Source of the DNA: Octopus vulgaris
Taxonomy: Eukaryota
Assembly: GCA_951406725.2 (NCBI GenBank)
Contig: OX597820.1
Location: 103,044,001-103,108,000, forward strand
Direction: 5' to 3'
DNA length: 64,000 bases
Made by a program: the position numbers and the translations under genes
Shown: piece by piece, positions 1-13,105 of the stretch
Layout: each line of letters opens with the position of its first letter
Position numbering within the stretch: position 1 is the first letter of the stretch
The notes under the pieces: generated by a model
Seen by the model: only the letters and a program-made list of their open reading frames with translations
Databases searched by the model: none
Told to the model about the DNA's origin: nothing

Positions 1-1949
1 CGAAATAGTGACGTTACAATAGATAAAAAGATAATTTCGTTTTCGGGTTTTCGGTCTTACGAGGTCTCCTAATGATCGTATGAAAATATAATGATTATAA
101 AAACATAAAAATACTAACATTCGTGTATGTGTGAAAATTCTATATTTTTTTTTTTTTTCTTTTTAAATAAACTTGATTTTCTGAAAAATATAAATGTGGA
201 AAGTAAAGTCAGTCGACATCTGGAAAAAAAACAAAACGAATTTGAAGACAGGTAGAAATTATGCATCAGTATAGATGAATCGACAATTGATGACGAGGGA
301 GAGAGTGAAGGTTAAGGCATTATAGCGGTAACGAGAAGGAGTGAAGAGGAAAGAGAAGAAAAGGAAAGTACTTAAATGATGGAAGAATGGCAATGTAAGC
401 TTTATCATAATTCCAAGTTCTCTAATTAACTTGGTTCTGGTGGTTTATAACGCATGAGTTAACACTTTTATGTAAGCAAATGCCTGGTAGTTCGTTATAA
501 TCGTTCAGTTTATAGTCAACTTGATATTGCGACTTTCTTTGATAAATCAAGCTGACATTAAACGCCGGTTTTAGCATTACCATGTATATAAGTAGTCACG
601 GAATCGAGAATAGACTATATTACTTTAAAGGTCTTGTTTTCCTGTACCCTCCAAATAGAGAAACTCAGGGAGTTCTTCCTGACCTGATTAATAAATGAAC
701 GTCTGTGCGAAAAGAAGTGTCTGTTGAAGCTACTTTCTGCCGATCAATTGTAAGGTTTTGGAATAACGATAATAAAGATTTAAACAGATCTGCTTTTTAA
801 AAAATTAACTTTTGAAAGTAACAACCATGTTTCCGTTTCATTAGATCTCTCCATAAAATAATATTCCACTCAGTTAACAAGAATTAGAGCATCAGTACAC
901 AGAATTTTGAAGCTTAGTGGCCCATTTTTTGCCGAATAGCGTTTTCCAAACGCCTCCTCATATTTTGCGAAAAAAATTCAGAGAAGATTCCGAGTTCCAT
1001 TCCAAAGAAAAGCCTATTTTCAATGATCTAAAATAATTTTCCGCGCTAATTTTGATATTTAATACATATTTTAGCATGCAAAGGTTGCCGAAAACACTAT
1101 ATTGACCAAACTGACCTAGCACATCTTAGACGAGTGATTCAGCACAGTCAGCTGATTGGGCAGCCGTACAGAGGAAAAATTCCTGAGTCAATAGTTATGA
1201 GAACACATCTTACGAATCTTCTTACTATATTTCTTTGTCAGTGTGGCGATTCAACAACGAATAACAACGAATAAAACAATGTACATAATTTATTAACAAA
1301 TATTGGCCAAAATTAAAGGCATATGTTTAATTGGCATGTATATCAATTTCAATATATCTTTTAATATATACCTCTTAATTTGTTTAAATTATCATACTTT
1401 TAGTATGTCCCTTGAAATAAAATTTATTACAACTCTTTTATTATATACACCGGCAAAATTATGATGTATATCAACATTATGATCATGAAAAAATTTGTAA
1501 GTATTCTTTCGTTTATTTTTGTAATGTTTTTTTATGCTTTTGATATGCATATCAACGTGTTTACCTTTAGTGGTCTGGATATCTCACGCGAAAACATGAC
1601 GTAAATAATAACTATAGAATAAATAGATAGGAATATGTATTTTAGCTGTAAAAATAAGAAATAAACTAGATGAAATATACCATTTACTGGAAAAATTCTA
1701 AATTCTCAATAATTTAAAACTAAAATATGTAAAGTACATAAAATAAACTAAATTTCAATAACTTAATCTATATTCATCAATTTATTTATTTTATAAATAC
1801 ATTGGTTTAATCTTATTCTAATTATTTAATATACACTATATAATCAACTGCTACATTATACTCATTATACTACTACAAATTATAACTAGAAAAATTAGTA
1901 ACTTAAATCAGAATTTAAATATATGCAGAAATTAGCTAAACATATTATA

Positions 1950-2290
1950 TAAGTAATTTAACTTATGTCTACATTGAATTTTTCGCTCATCTTAGTGTTA
2001 ATTAATTTTTTTATTATTAGATATTAATATCTCCATAAATTTATTTGACATTGTAAACAAAAATTATTTCCTATCCGATAAGATTTAGCTTTACAAACTA
2101 TCTCCCAATTGAAATTATACTAAATTCCTTTAGATTTCAATTCCCATATATATTTGCTAAGGCCATTAAAATTATTCAATGATTTGTTCTTAAATGAATG
2201 GATGTGTTGAGCCACCCTTAATTTAATTTTATTAGAAGTCGATCCCACGTAGATCGCATTTAAATTATAACTATTCGTATTAATATTATC
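1950..2290 (-). pseudogene. Degenerate Penelope-like GIY-YIG endonuclease C-terminus (Naiad-like)
   Basis: ORF 2120..2305 contains IYVGSTSNKIKLRVAQHIHSFKN...LSKYIWELK. It continues past a stop as FNWEIVCKAKSY...FCLQC and later ...CRHK, which is the pattern of a PLE GIY-YIG domain. Confidence 0.7.
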
Positions 2291-2511
2291 ATCAAAACAT
2301 TCCATTTAAAACGTAAATAACAGCTAAAACTTGAAAGAAATTGCATAAATGTAGATTTTATTGGGTACTAAGTAATCTTGCTGCATGTGCGTTATATAAT
2401 ATCACAGAAATTATAAATTTCTTATAATATAGTGACATAATTACGCAATGAGTAGACAATTGAGAAGGTCTAATAAAGTAGAATAGTGTCTGTGAATCAC
2501 AAACAAATGTA

Positions 2512-2570
<59 letters not shown>

Positions 2571-2711
2571 GAAAGTTGGTTTGTGAAAGCACGTGGGTGA
2601 ATATATAGAAAATAGTAAAGAGTGAAAAAACGACAGAAGGCTTAAATGTTAAAAAATATATATATTTGCGTCAATATGTCTGAAGAATATTAGAAAATTA
2701 AAAAAAAAAAA

Positions 2712-2972
2712 TGTATTGTCAAACATGAAGTGGTTATTGTGTAGGATGAATTCAATTAATTTAGTAATGAATTCTTTACTGATCCTTTTTGGTATTTCTT
2801 CCCGGAAATTGGTCTAACCAGAACTGTATTGCCTCCAGTCCATAATTGTGAGGTATACAGGTATACAAGTTGACTACATCAAATGAAACCAGGATTGTTT
2901 CTTCCTTGGCTTTTTTGGAAGGTGGTTTAACATATCTAAGTCATCTCTGATATAGCTATTTAAGCCAACACA
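2712..2972 (-). pseudogene. PLE reverse transcriptase fragment, inverted relative to the GIY-YIG part
   Basis: Manual minus-strand translation gives SYIRDDLDMLNHLP / ETILVSFDVVNLYTCIPHNYGLEAIQFWL / LIEFILHNNHFMFDN, which are PLE RT motifs, with frameshifts. Confidence 0.85.
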
Positions 2973-2975
2973 CCT

Positions 2976-3620
2976 TCCCCGAAAATACTACCTTACATAT
3001 CTACATACAACCCCAGAAACAAAGAAGCCTTCACCATCATCACCCAGAATTTACCAATACTTCATAAGGACCCCAAATTAAAGGAAATTCTAAACATACA
3101 CCAAATCATTAAAAGCTACAAACAGCCTAAATCACTTAAAAAGATTCTCACAAAGGCAAAATTGTCTTCTGAAATTACGGATGCAAAAGTAAAAATATGC
3201 GGTAGACCGAACTGTGCAACATGTCCTAACCTGCTAGAAGGATCAGAATTCCTCTTTAAAGAGGGACAGAAATTCAAGATCAAATCTAACTTTACTTGTG
3301 CCTCTGAAAACATAATTTATGTCATAAAATGCTCGGGCTGCCACCAAGACCACGTGGGTTCCACGGGACTATCACTCAGACGTAGATGCACACTGTATCG
3401 ACAACAGATTGCATTCCCAGAATATAGAATGATACCTTTTAGTGAGCACATTGAGAAATGCGCAAAGCAACTACTACCACAATTTTTAATCTTTCAATTT
3501 TACCAATGTGCTTTCGGATCATCAACACAAATTAGACTAAACAAGGAAACATTCTTCATTGAAAAGTACAAGCCCAGACCCAACCATCCGAAAATACTGA
3601 TACAGAGAAATTCACATTAA
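2976..3620 (+). pseudogene. PLE polyprotein C-terminus: Cys linker plus GIY-YIG endonuclease
   Basis: CGRPNCATC Cys motif, then NFTCASENIIYVIKCSGCHQDHVGST...RRRC...E..FIEKY. This is a Neptune-type GIY-YIG; the fragment is 5'-truncated. Confidence 0.9.
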
Positions 3621-3749
3621 GGGAAAGGAAAATAATTTAAGCGATTATCTCCCTTACACCGGAAGAAATCACCCACTACCTCCCCTTATTGAGAACTCTC
3701 CGGAACATAAACACAACGATAACTCTATCCAACATAAACATAACGTCAC

Positions 3750-3788
3750 AAGAAATTTGATAAGCTACACGCGAAACCGGTCTTTCTT
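3750..3788 (+). ncRNA. Minimal type I hammerhead ribozyme motif (U3-A8 variant) in the PLE 3' UTR
   Basis: AAGAAA-t-TTGATAA-GC-tacac-GC-GAAA-CCGG-TC-TTTCTT, with palindromic stem III ACCGGT as typical of PLE hammerheads. Confidence 0.65.
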
Positions 3789-3920
3789 TTAATTATGTCA
3801 TTATAAGGGGAAAAATTTTTTTTTAAAATTTTCTAATATTCTTCAGACATATTGACGCAAATATATATATTTTTTAACATTTAAGCCTTCTGTCGTTTTT
3901 TCACTCTTTACTATTTTATA

Positions 3921-3987
<67 letters not shown>

Positions 3988-5206
3988 TATATATATATAT
4001 ATGCATATATATATGTATATATATATATATATATATATTTCATATATTTGTGTGTGATTCACTGACGCTATTCTACTTTAATAGACCTTGTTAAATGTCT
4101 ACTCATTGCGTAATTATGTCACTATATTATAAGAAATTTACAATTTCTGTGATATTATATAACGCAGCTGCAGCAAGAGTATTTAGTACCCAATAAAATC
4201 TACATTTATGCAATTTCTTTCAAGTTTTAGCTGTTATTTACGTTTTAAATGGAATGTTTACCAGACAGTATTATATACCAATTAGTTGATCAAGACACCT
4301 TTCTGAAACAAAATAGCATTGTTGATCTTCTCATTTGGATGGGGGCGGGGCAGAGGAAGACTTAGTGAACAAACTATCAGAAAATTATGAACCACATCCT
4401 AGTGAAGACATCATTAATGCATAACAGTCAGGTTCTATATCTGATTTTCTCTCTCTATCTATCTCGCTCTCCCTCTCTCTCTCTCTTATATAACATTTTA
4501 TACATGCGCACGCGCACGCGCTCACACACGCACACACACATATATACATATATATTGGTTCATCCCATAAATAATGCAGTTTTATTTTCAATTGCATGAT
4601 CTAAAAGTCGGAGGGGGATGGGATAAACTACATGCTAAATTTGCTATAAAAGCTAGGAGTAATTTTAACTTATTCTTAGTGCAAGTTTTGAAGACTGCAG
4701 TTCGGTTTTAAAAGTTATCTGTTTCAAAGCTATAATGGAAGTGACAAAGGATAATATTTGGCTTTATGAGTTCAATAGAGGCAACAACAGAAAGTATGAG
4801 GAGTATTAATACAGTATATAAGCATAAGCCTAATGCAGTATATAAGCATAAGACAATAAGCATAAGCCGTGCATAAGCACACACACACACAGTGACACAC
4901 ACACATGCGCACAAACAAACAAAAAGGAACGCAGTGTAAATAACGGACGGAATCAAGACCACTGAAAAGGTTGCAAGACGCAACGAAAATTGGAGGAAAT
5001 TAAAAATAAGAAATAAGTGGAAATTTTACCGGTGACTCTCCCCAGACACAACAGAATATGCTTCAACACACAAACTCACATAAAGAATGCTGCAAGCCAA
5101 ATCCCAAAACGAAATATAGTAAAAAGAATTTTACATTAATCTAAAAGATTAGTGCATACTTTTGTAGAGTACAGATTTAGTATTCTTTAACTAGAATAGA
5201 GATTTC

Positions 5207-5264
<58 letters not shown>

Positions 5265-5322
5265 ATAATATGAATAAGATTATAAATAAGATGATGTAAT
5301 ATATTAAATATACTATAATATA

Positions 5323-5438
<116 letters not shown>

Positions 5439-5595
5439 GATAAGAAAGTTGGTTTGTGAAAGCACGTGGTTGAATATATAGAAAATAGTATAAAGTGAAA
5501 AAACTACAGAAGGCTTAAAGGTTAAAAAATATATATATTTGCGTCAATATGTCTGAAGAATATTAGAAATTTTTTCTTACAATGACATAGTTTAG

Positions 5596-5634
5596 AAGAA
5601 AGACCGGTTTCGCGTTTAGCTTTTCAAATTTCTT
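5596..5634 (-). ncRNA. Hammerhead motif (U3-A8) in the inverted pLTR
   Basis: Reverse complement of 6962-7000. Confidence 0.6.
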
Positions 5635-5902
5635 ACGACGTTATGTTTATGTTGAATAGAGTTATCGTTATGTTCATGTTTAAAAGAGTTCTAAATAAGG
5701 GGAGGTAATGAGTGATTTCTTCCGGTGTAAGGGAGATAATCGCTTAATTTGTTTTTCCTTTCCCTTGGTGTGAATTTCTCTGTATCAGTATGTTGGCATG
5801 GTTAAGTCTGGGCTTGTACTTTTCAATGAAGAATGTTTCCTTGTTTAGTCTAATTTGTGTTGATGATCCGATAGCACATTGGTAAAATGGAAAGATTAAA
5901 AA

Positions 5903-6852
5903 CAGACATTAAAAACAGACATTTTTTACAAAGCTACAGACGCCAAACAATACCTTCTTTTTAATTCATGCCACCCAAGACACACTAAAACAAACATCCC
6001 CTTCAACATTGCAAGAAGGATATGCACAATAGTGTCAGAACAAAATACCAGGAACTTTAGACTGCAAGAACTCAAAAACACCCTAATTGACAGACATTAC
6101 CCAGCTCAACTCATAGAGGATGGGATCAGACGTGCAACAGAAATCAACATAGAAACTTTAAGAAAAGTTCAACACAACAACATAGCTTCCCCGAAAATAC
6201 TACCTTACATATCTACATACAACCCCAGAAACAAAGAAGCCTTCACCATCATCACCCAGAATTTACCAATACTTCATAAGGACCCCAAATTAAAGGAAAT
6301 TCTAAACATACACCAAATCATTAAAAGCTACAAACAACCTAAATCACTTAAAAAGATTCTCACAAAGGCAAAATTGTCTTCTGAAATTACGGATGCAAAA
6401 GTAAAAAATGTGGTAGATCGAACTGTGCAACATGTCCAAACCTGCTAGAAGGATCAGAATTCCTCTTTAAAGAGGGACAGAAATTCAAGATCAAATCTAA
6501 CTTTACTTGTGCCTCTGAAAACATAATTTATGTCATAAAATGCTCGGGCTGCCACCAAGACTACGTGGGATCCACGGGACTATCACTCAGACGTAGATGC
6601 ACACTGCATCGACAACAGATTGCATTCCCAGAATACAGAATGATACCTTTTAGTGAGCACATTGAGAAATGCGCAAAGCAACTACTACCACAATTTTTAA
6701 TCGTTCCATTTTACCAATGTGCTATCGGATCATCAACACAAATTAGACTAAACAAGGAAACATTCTTCATTGAAAAGTACAAGCCCAGACTTAACCATGA
6801 CAACATACTTATACAGAGAAATTCACACCAAGGGAAAGGAAAAACAAATTAA
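5903..6852 (+). pseudogene. PLE RT thumb, linker and GIY-YIG endonuclease (frameshift at ~6405)
   Basis: TDIFYKATDAKQYLLFNSCHPRHTKTNIPFNIARRICTIVS (PLE RT thumb), then ORFs 6032..6448 and 6565..6852, with IIYVIKC..C...YVGST. Confidence 0.92.
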
Positions 6853-6961
6853 GCGATTATCTCCCTTACACCGGAAGAAATCACTCATTACCTCCCCTTA
6901 TTTAGAACTCTTTTAAACATAAACATAACGATAACTCTATTCAACATAAACATAACGTCGT

Positions 6962-7000
6962 AAGAAATTTGAAAAGCTAAACGCGAAACCGGTCTTTCTT
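6962..7000 (+). ncRNA. Hammerhead motif (U3-A8) in the PLE 3' UTR
   Basis: AAGAAA-t-TTGAAAA-GC-taaac-GC-GAAA-CCGG-TC-TTTCTT. Confidence 0.6.
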
Positions 7001-7247
7001 CTAAACTATGTCATTGTAAGAAAAAAATTTCTAATATTCTTCAGACATATTGACGCAAATATATATATTTTTTAACCTTTAAGCCTTCTGTAGTTTTTTC
7101 ACTTTATACTATTTTCTATATATATATATGCGTGTATATATGTGACAGTGTGTGTGTAAACTGATATATGTGTACATACATATATATGTATGTGTGTGTG
7201 TGTGCGTGCATACACAAATATATGTGTGTATCTATATAGGGTAACGG

Positions 7248-7555
7248 GTAAAGTCTTCCATCGGTCATGAATGACCGTGGGGTTACCTCTAGAAATTTCC
7301 CCTCCAAGCTATAAGCCCGGTCAAGGTTGTTTATGGAAGACCAGCAGTCGCCCAAGCATAGTAGTCCGCACCTCCACTTTCCACGCCACCGATGTTAACC
7401 AAGGAAAAAGCAAAGGCCGAGACGGCTTGGTACTACTGATGTCACAACTCATTTCTGCAGCTAAATGAACTAGAGCAACGTGAAATAGAGTGTTTTGTTC
7501 AAGAGCACAGCACACTGCCCGGTCCGGGAATCAAACTCACTAACCACTGAGCCAT
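7248..7555 (-). mobile_element. tRNA-derived SINE with a Deu/Nin-like central domain
   Basis: Minus-strand head TGGCTCAGTGGTTAG...GTTTGATTCCCGG (A and B boxes, internally deleted). Body GGCGACTGCTGGTCTTCCATAAACAACCTTG resembles the Nin/Deu domain. Confidence 0.7.
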
Positions 7556-7612
7556 ATATGTACGTATGTATGTGTGCGTGTGTGTATATGTACACATACA
7601 CCAGTTTATACA

Positions 7613-7663
<51 letters not shown>

Positions 7664-7960
7664 TTAAAAATCCTTTAAAATGTTTTAGCCCGAAGGCCGC
7701 GGCCATGCAATATATATATATATAATATATATATAAAATAGTAGGGAATGTAATTCCAGACTTACAGGGACAAATTCAATTTAGCAATTCTAAATCAAAT
7801 TTCACAATATATAATATATGTATATAATTTAGAGAAAAACCTCTATTAAGCAATTCAATAGTGAAAGACGTGATTGACACCATATAGAAAAAATTAAATA
7901 TACTATAAAAAAACATTATTCTAAAAATCAATAATGTACATAAACAATAAATGATAAATT

Positions 7961-8079
7961 GATTATGCACGTTTCGTGGCTATATCTTCAAATAGATAAT
8001 AATTATAAAATCAATTCGATTTAAAATTAAATCGATCTCTAATTAATTCTATTTAAAAATATAGTCGCTCATCAGGTTT
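7961..8079 (-). ncRNA. Type I hammerhead ribozyme motif with long stem II (canonical CUGAUGA)
   Basis: Minus strand reads CTGATGA-GCGACTATA...TATAGCCAC-GAAA-CGTGCAT-A. Confidence 0.7.
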
Positions 8080-8196
8080 AAGGTAAGAAGAAGAAGGAGG
8101 AGGAGGAGGAATGTACGAATCTTAACTTATAATGAGTTAGGATACGTACATTTATTTTATTATTATTATTATCATTATTATTATTATTATTATTAA

Positions 8197-8236
<40 letters not shown>

Positions 8237-8239
8237 TTA

Positions 8240-8357
8240 GACCTGGTGAGTGACTATACTTTTAAATAGAATTAAGTTTAGATCGATTTAATTTTAAATC
8301 GAATTGGTTTTATTATTATTATCTATTTGAAGATATAGCCACGAAATGCGCGTAGTC
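8240..8357 (+). ncRNA. Type I hammerhead motif with mutated core (CTGGTGA)
   Basis: GAC-CTGGTGA-GTGACTATA...TATAGCCAC-GAAA-TGCGCGT-A-GTC, with stem I GAC/GTC. Confidence 0.65.
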
Positions 8358-8445
8358 AGTTTACTATTTATTGTTTATGTACTTTATTGATTCTTAGAAT
8401 AATGTTTTTTATAATATATTTAATTTTTTCTATATGGTTTGAATA

Positions 8446-8835
8446 TTTTTTTGGAAGCACTCCGTCGGTTACGACGATGAGGGTTCCGGTTGATCCGAAT
8501 CAACGGAACAGCCTGCTCGTGAAATTAACGTGTAAGTGGCTGAGCACTCTACAGACACGTGCACCCTTAACGTCGTTCTCGGGGATATTCAGCGTGACAC
8601 AGAGAGTGACAAGGCCGGCCCCTTGAAATACAGGTACAACAGAAACAGAAAGTAAGAGTGAGAGAAAGTTGTGGTGAAAGAGTACAACAGGGATCACCAC
8701 CATCCCCTGCCGGAGCCTCGTGGAGCTTTTAGGTCTTTTCGCTCAATAAACTCTCACAACGCCCGGTCTGGGAATCGAAACCGCGATCCTATGACCGCGA
8801 GTCCGCTGCCCTAACCACTGGGCCATTGCGCCTCC
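8446..8835 (-). mobile_element. tRNA-derived SINE, family A, full length with 12-bp TSD
   Basis: Head GGAGGCGCAATGGCCCAGTGGTTAGGGCAGCGGACTCGCGGTC...GGTTTCGATTCCCAG. TSD ATGGTTTGAATA at ~8433 and ~8836. Homologous to 57365-57737. Confidence 0.93.
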
Positions 8836-8896
8836 ATGGTTTGAATAAAGTCTTTCACTATTGAATTGGTTAATAGAGGTTTTTCTCTAAATTATA

Positions 8897-9228
<332 letters not shown>

Positions 9229-9552
9229 TGATGTAAAGAGTGTACATAAAAGCAAAACGTATGTGAATTCTAATGTATTGGATTTTCTTCTTGCCAAAAT
9301 AACTTTTTTGTTCTGTAAATTTAATAAATTTAGTAAATCTTTTCTGATTGCCCACTGTCGTTTGTGTATTGTGGCAATGCACCCCTATATTCTTAAACTC
9401 ATAACAAAGCTATTAATTATCGCTATGACACATAATTTTAGAGGACTGAGTAAACCAGTGCTTTTCTAACGTTTTAGACTATCAGCAATTTTCTTTTGCT
9501 AACACTTTTTTACCGCTTCCTTGTTAGAACTGAACGCTTCTTCCCATTTTGA

Positions 9553-9742
9553 TATTGGTTTTAAATGTTGGCACAACGCCAGTTCTTTCGTGGAGGGGTT
9601 AAGTTGGTTGCATCGACTCCAGTCTTCAACTGGTACTTGGTGCTTTACCGAACCCGAAAGGATGAAAGTCATCCTCGGTGAAATTTGTGCTCAGAACATA
9701 AAGACGGGCGAAATGCCGCTGAGCTAACGATTCTGCCAGTAC
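9553..9742 (-). mobile_element. Meta/MESC-domain-like SINE (family M), degraded
   Basis: ACTGGTACTT...CCCGAAAGGATGAAAG...CTCAGAAC...CTAACGATTCTGCCAG, shared with the other family M copies. Confidence 0.8.
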
Positions 9743-10115
9743 GTCATTATATTTCCCATTTTAATATGCATACACATTATATCTAACCACAGTAATGTAG
9801 TTCCGGCAACTCATTCGATGCGTAGGAATACTAACGACACCGCCATACCCGTGTAAACAAAGATTTGACACATCACTACTTTACTTTAGCTATTGACCTA
9901 ATAGAGCACGTGACTTCAGCCAAACTCATTCTCCCGTAGCTAACAAATTAAATTCATCTCTATATTCTGATTTATAGTTGTGATTTCCATGTGGTCACAG
10001 ACACATATATTGATTTCTCTGTCGACCTGCAATTTACACATGCCTGTTTATACACATGGGCAGATTATCAGATTAACACACGGCACTCATGGCTAAAATC
10101 AACAGCATTAAAACA

Positions 10116-10155
<40 letters not shown>

Positions 10156-10374
10156 GAAGTCATGTCTTTACACTAGCTACTTTTATTGTATGCGTCGAAA
10201 TGCTCACAAAGAGTGATAATTATACTTTAGTTTATTACATGCTTAAGTGGTAATGTTCATTTTCGTGTGTGTGTGTGTGCGTGCGCGTGTGTATTTTGAA
10301 GCTTCTTATTGACGTTGATGTACATAATGTCGGTGTCGTTATGATTATGGCAAGCCGTAGTTTGTCGTAATAAT

Positions 10375-10589
10375 AGTTTCAAAATTTGGCACAAAGCCAG
10401 CAGTTTCTGGAACTGTGGGTAGTCATTTACACATCGACCACAGTGTTCAACTGGTACTTATTTTATCGACCTCGAAATGATGATAGGTAAAGTCGACCCC
10501 GGCAACATTTTAACTCAGAACGTAAAGTCGGACGAAATACCGCTAAGCACTCTTTTTCTACGATAACGATTCTACCAGCTCGCTGCCTT
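10375..10589 (-). mobile_element. Family M SINE
   Basis: Similar over its length to 45559-45779 and 60010-60216. Confidence 0.85.
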
Positions 10590-11274
10590 AGTTTATCATA
10601 ATATTACATCTAAAATTTTTAGTGTTTAAATCTAAATGAGCTACAAAAATTTTTTTAAAACTACACATGCCTCTATCTCTTCCTTCCTACTGCGCTTTTT
10701 GCCCCAAGTATCTATATAAAATTTCCTGCCGCCCGCACTTTGAGAAGAATTGGGAAAAAAAATCGATGTTCTACCTTGCGTCTACCTAATACAGAAAATA
10801 GAATTTGATGCCGTACCTTGCTGCTAAGCACAAAATCACTGAGTAACAGGGAAAAACTACTTTTGCGTGTGTTCTCATTTCATAGCAGAGAGAAAATCAT
10901 GTAGGTTTTCTTTTCTCGTTTTCGAAAGTACATTTGGGGTCACTATTTCTTTTGTAATCCATAGGTTTTATATTTAACCCGTGTGTTAGAATGTCAATGC
11001 AATATACAGAATATAATACGCTCATAACTGCCTTCCGTGTTTGTTTTGCAATCTATTTTTATTTCTACATGTATATGTACTCGGCATTTTGTATCTCTTT
11101 TTTTTTACTTTGTTAACAGTTTCATTTTCATTCTCTTGCATTCTTCCTATTACATGAACTGACATGTACATCGGAATACAGTTCGCTTTTCCTCTTGAGA
11201 ATACGCCTTTATCTTCTTGCTTCTTTTTCTCTCTTTCTTTCTCTTTTCTATGCACACCCACGCCAACAAACCGA

Positions 11275-11443
11275 TACATACATACATACATACATACATA
11301 AATACACACACACATCCATCCATCCATCCATCCATCCATCCATCCATCCATACATACATACATACATACATACATACATACATACATACATCCATCCATC
11401 CATACATACATACATACATACATACATACATACATACATACAT
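11275..11443. repeat. (TACA)n/(CATC)n microsatellite
   Basis: Directly visible. Confidence 0.97.
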
Positions 11444-12954
11444 AGGTGTCGAAATAGAAAACATTCATACATACACACTCACACACGCACACATAAATGT
11501 GTGTGTACTTATGAATGAGGGATGAAAGTTGAGAGCAGTTTTTCTCTGAAACAAGTTATATATTAAACACTACAGTGCTTGAGTTTAAACTGTTTTATTA
11601 CTAATATTTCATGCTTCTCTCTTAGTCGTTTTTGTTTAGTTGGAAAGAAGATCGTTGCAAAGCGCGCTAACAACAGCATATTATTACCGTCACCTTGTTT
11701 TAATAATTTGGTCGAGACTGTCTTGAAATGTTAATTGATTAATGGATTTAGGAACGTTATTGTTCTGACAGAAACAAAGAAATATAAAGGAAAATTTTGA
11801 AAATCCTTAACAAGAAATATAAAATACGAACACCGTCGCATACAAATTTATTAATGCAGAAATTGTTTTGTTTTTTTTTTCATTTATTGTAATTCGGATA
11901 ATTTTTGCAATGTTCCATATAAGAAACATGTTCGGATCATATGTATTACTAATTCCTATGAACTGCGCGCTTTTTCGTTCTTACATGCCGTAAGGTATAC
12001 GTTACAGCATTCTTCTACCTAGCTGACTTATAGCTGTGAAGAAACATCTGCGATTATTGTTCATGCAAGCAGAAGGCGTACTCATCACACCAACGCTCTT
12101 CTGTCATCATACGCTGTAAAAGCTACTTAGGACTGGAATTATTTTTTAGTTATAAATGACACGGCAACATCATGTATCCGTTCTTTCTTTAATTTCTACA
12201 CAATGTAGCCCACTCTTGCTAAAGTGATACAATCTTCTTAATAATAAGATCTTAACATAATTTTGTGACATTTATAATCGAAGTCAGATGTTCTAATGTA
12301 GCAGTGTTTTTTGGTCTGTTTTTTGGAAGCTAACTTTCCTATAGAATAATGCGCTTTATTAGAAAAGTTTATATGACATTAGCACGGCAGGTTATCATAA
12401 AATATACAAGAGCTGGAACGCTTGTATATTTTATGATGATCGTCTATGCTATATTTTTTTATCAGATTTATATGTCAGAACATATACAACAAACTGAGAT
12501 TAAGATGGATATTGATTATATTTCCAATATTTCTTTTCTCATAAATTGATTCCTGCTCGAAAATGATTGGAAATATGTACACGGAAAGCCAATGACTAGA
12601 TTTCAAGTGTCAAACTAGAAACTGAAATGTATTCTCCATAGTTTAAATCACAGAATTGTGGATCGCTAAATTGCGCAATATCATGCTAGGTTTTTGTTTC
12701 TTTCTCTATGATTGATTTCACTGCAAAAGCAAGATTAGCTCGATTTCGATTGCATCTTAAATCTAATGTTATCATATAAGTCTACCTAGAGAGTAACGTG
12801 AATTTGGGTGATGGATATTTTCCGAATCATGCTACCATCAATGAAATCAAAGTAATTTTAGAAATCCACAAAACAGATTACGATTGATTTCTTGAATTTC
12901 TATTATGCTTTCTCACCTTCTAATTCAGAAATGAGATTGTGCATATATATTTAT

Positions 12955-13062
12955 GTGTGTATGTATGTATGTATGTATGTATGTATGTATGTATGTATGT
13001 ATGCATGCATGTATTATGTAGGTAGGTAGGTAGGTAGGTAGGTAGGTAGGGAGGGAGGGAGG

Positions 13063-13094
<32 letters not shown>

Positions 13095-13105
13095 CAAGCA
13101 GGCAG
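12955..13105. repeat. (TATG)n(TAGG)n(CAGG)n microsatellite
   Basis: Directly visible. Confidence 0.97.

Larger units (their letters stand above)
2566..3925 (+). mobile_element. Penelope-like element (Neptune type), copy 1, 5'-truncated and rearranged
   Basis: Three parts: an inverted copy of the element 3' end (2600-2710 vs 3815-3920), an inverted RT fragment (2712-2972), and a forward linker plus GIY-YIG ORF with 3' UTR. Highly similar to 6187-7122. Confidence 0.9.
5439..7122 (+). mobile_element. Penelope-like element (Neptune type), copy 2, with inverted pseudo-LTR
   Basis: 5474-5902 is a near-identical reverse complement of ~6694-7122. A ~34-bp extension (5439-5473) is shared with copy 1 (2566-2600). 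Both flanks are TA/TAGA microsatellite. Confidence 0.92.

Noticed and set aside
600-1100. Possible decayed coding sequence
   Set aside because: No assignable motif in any frame.
8760-8835. tRNA-like sequence with A and B boxes (also 21910-21987, 34835-34909, 57365-57430)
   Set aside because: These are SINE heads continuous with SINE bodies and TSDs, with no proper acceptor stem.
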